Assembly (NCBI RefSeq): GCF_009914755.1
Contig: NC_060936.1
Origin: the human T2T-CHM13v2.0 reference genome, Homo sapiens
DNA: 64,000 nt
Strand: one strand, 5' to 3'
Shown: in pieces, positions 63,001-64,000 of the stretch
Numbering within the stretch: position 1 is the stretch's first letter
Layout of the letters: each line of letters begins with the position of its first letter
The notes under the pieces: generated by a model
The model's input: only the letters and a program-made list of their open reading frames with translations
What the model was told of the DNA's origin: nothing
The model's database searches: none
Program-made: the position numbers and the translations under genes

Positions 63001-63349
63001 TAAAAAAAAAAATTTTAATAAACTTAGCAACAGAATAATTCCTTCTCTGGGCCCCAGATTCCTTGTCTGTACAATGTGAATAGTAATAATTTCTCAGGGC
63101 TGTTGTGAGAATTAAATAAGACAATACATGCAAAGTGCTTAGCCTTGATTGTGACACATAATAAGATTTTGCTGTTATTATGGAGCTGAGATTAGAACAG
63201 TGCTCTCCTTTCCAAAGCCCCAGTGAGGCCAGCCCTTCCTTGTCACTTTCTAGGACTCCCCTTTTCCACTTTGCCCCTCTTTGGTTTGAGGCTTAACATT
63301 GCATCTTTTGCTACCTTTGAAGTGTAAACTTTGGGAGAATCCAACAGAG

Positions 63350-63570
63350 CACATTTCCAGTCTCATCTTCATCATCTAGTAGTTTTGTGACTTTTTGCAG
63401 ATTCATACTAACTTCCTGAACCTTAGTTTCCTCATCTGTAAAATAGGACTAATAACACCCAGGTCTTCAGATTATAGAAAGAATTGGAAATAACATATAC
63501 GAAGCATTGGACATGGTGTCTTGCAGGTAATCATTATTCTATATGGTAATCCTTATTATTGTCATTATCA
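63350..63570 (+). mobile_element. MIR SINE
   Basis: ctgaaccttagtttcctcatctgtaaaatagg. Confidence 0.75.
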
Positions 63571-64000
63571 CACTTGTTCATTCCAATTCTTCAATCCTTC
63601 CTTTGTCTTTCAAGAAGCAACAAGATTTTTAAGCTCACCTTAGCCATTAAATATCCTTTGGGTAATTGGGATGGGAAAAAAAATCAGCCCCAATAAAACA
63701 TTATTTTTCCAGGATTTCACAACATATTTATTTTCTCAAGGTTGTGAAAATACATTTTCACATTTTGATGTTTCTAATATTGAAGCATAATTTAAAATCA
63801 ATATGTACTTCTATGTTTTGGTTTTGTATGTTTTGGTTTATTCTTTCTAGTTCCCAACTTCCTCCAAAAAAAGAAAATCATTAAATCAAAGTATATCTTA
63901 GAATTTAGAATTAAGATAAGCAGATTTTGCTTTCATCTACTTCCAAATCGAAAAGACTAGATTTTTGGTAACCTCCTGAATATTCTTAGCCATAATAACC

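Overview
Primate (human-like) AT-rich, non-coding genomic DNA, either intron or intergenic; the locus cannot be named from sequence alone. I find no credible host protein-coding gene, RNA gene, CRISPR array or prokaryote-type system. The ORFs in the track are Alu/LTR/L1 read-throughs, decayed retroviral pol/gag/dUTPase pieces or chance frames. Much of the window is layered transposable elements: Alu J/S, L1PA/MA/MB/MC, L2, MIR, MaLR LTRs, a full THE1 element, ERV1/ERVL solo LTRs and MER1A/MER5A/MER44 DNA elements. Family names are from recalled consensus sequences and need RepeatMasker/Dfam confirmation. Main observations: (1) A complex rearrangement at 27.7-34.25 kb, where an ERVL pol + MER21 block carries two ~80%-identical copies of upstream local DNA (93 bp and ~310 bp). 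(2) A 2.25-kb HERV-K(HML-6) mini-provirus nested in that block, keeping both LTRs, TSD, PBS, PPT and the dUTPase. (3) A perfect five-pentamer heat-shock element made by a 10-bp duplication in an L2. (4) Several fold-back or templated-insertion scars whose ancestral state can be read from a sister copy in the window. (5) Candidate enhancer motif clusters and two candidate non-coding exons. These are locus-history and regulatory observations, not evidence of a new biological system.
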